NCBI GenBank assembly: GCA_012295275.1
Contig: CM022667.1
Coordinates: 18,662,001 to 18,726,000, forward strand
Source of the DNA: Chrysomallon squamiferum
Lineage: Eukaryota > Animalia > Mollusca
Length of the DNA stretch: 64,000 nucleotides
Direction: 5' to 3'
The notes under the pieces were generated by a model, which was not told where the DNA came from, searched no databases, and saw nothing but the letters and a program-made list of their open reading frames with translations. The position numbers and the translations under genes are program-made. Shown in pieces: positions 63,410 to 64,000 of the stretch (the stretch's first letter is position 1; every line of letters starts with the position of its first letter).

Positions 63410-63730
63410 CAGTGGTGGCAAAACTACAACACGCGTGTCAGCAGTGATAAACGAGGGCATTTTAAGTGACACGCGCGACATTGAGTACCTTGGACACTGA
63501 TTTAATATATTCTCGACATAAAGGAATTGGCTGGAAAAAATTCAGTTCACAAGAGAAATTAAATAGGCAAGTAATATATTTTTATTTCTTTATTGTACAA
63601 CATAGCATATATAATTCATATACTTGTGTGTTAAAACCATAATGTAATATACCATTTAACAATATAAATTTAGAAGTGACTCAGATATAAAAGTATTGAC
63701 ACGCCTAGCATCAAAGTTTTGCCACCACAG
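63410..63730. mobile_element. hAT-type MITE (321 bp), family C
   Basis: TIRs CAGTGGTGGCAAAACT / AGTTTTGCCACCACAG. Perfect 8-bp TSD TTTTATAG at 63402-63409 and 63731-63738. Repeated subterminal (TG)ACACGCG-like motifs. Confidence 0.92.
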
Positions 63731-64000
63731 TTTTATAGTATATGCTCGTGTCAGTAGGTAAAATCTGCGCCACCATTATGGTTCTAAAATTCTGGAATTA
63801 CCATACATGATAGATCCTATAATAAGTATTCGTATAAAAAATGATTAAACACAAAATCGGTCTTTTGCTATATTTAATAGTCGAACTCTCTGGGACACAA
63901 TTTGCTTTAAATAGTATTGTATTCATGTTTGAATGTCGTGCATCATCGTGAATTAACGATCTGGGGATCTGTGAACTTTAACTTTGAAATATATTGACTG

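Noticed and set aside
1-64000. Prokaryote-type systems (CRISPR arrays, operons), tRNA or rRNA genes, non-canonical introns
   Set aside because: The sequence is intron-rich eukaryotic DNA. I saw no repeat-spacer array, tRNA cloverleaf or rRNA similarity, and all introns checked were GT-AG.

Overview
AT-rich, microsatellite-dense eukaryotic (animal) genomic DNA. A mollusc/cephalopod-like genome is my inference from composition and repeat style only. I assembled four spliced genes by hand from GT-AG sites and reading-frame continuity: the 3' part of a FYVE-type zinc-finger protein (+, 299-4194), L-fucose kinase FCSK (-, 28 coding exons, 6287-22051), LSM14 (-, 10 exons, 26980-36936) and TAF4 (+, 14 exons, 39266-51123). 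LSM14 and TAF4 are head-to-head, as human LSM14B and TAF4 are. The window also holds many non-autonomous DNA transposons (Tigger/pogo, Tc1/mariner, three hAT-type MITE families with 8-bp TSDs, a rearranged Sola2-like element), including a nested cluster upstream of FCSK. Most interesting: (1) a ~700-bp inverted repeat pair in LSM14 introns 1 and 3 brackets exons 2-3, which total 345 nt and would form a stop-free circular ORF; (2) a duplicated symmetric 93-nt LSM14 exon; (3) a degenerate FYVE lipid-binding motif; (4) a tentative micro-exon gene at 57.3-62.3 kb. No database searches or alignments were run, and coordinates were counted by eye.
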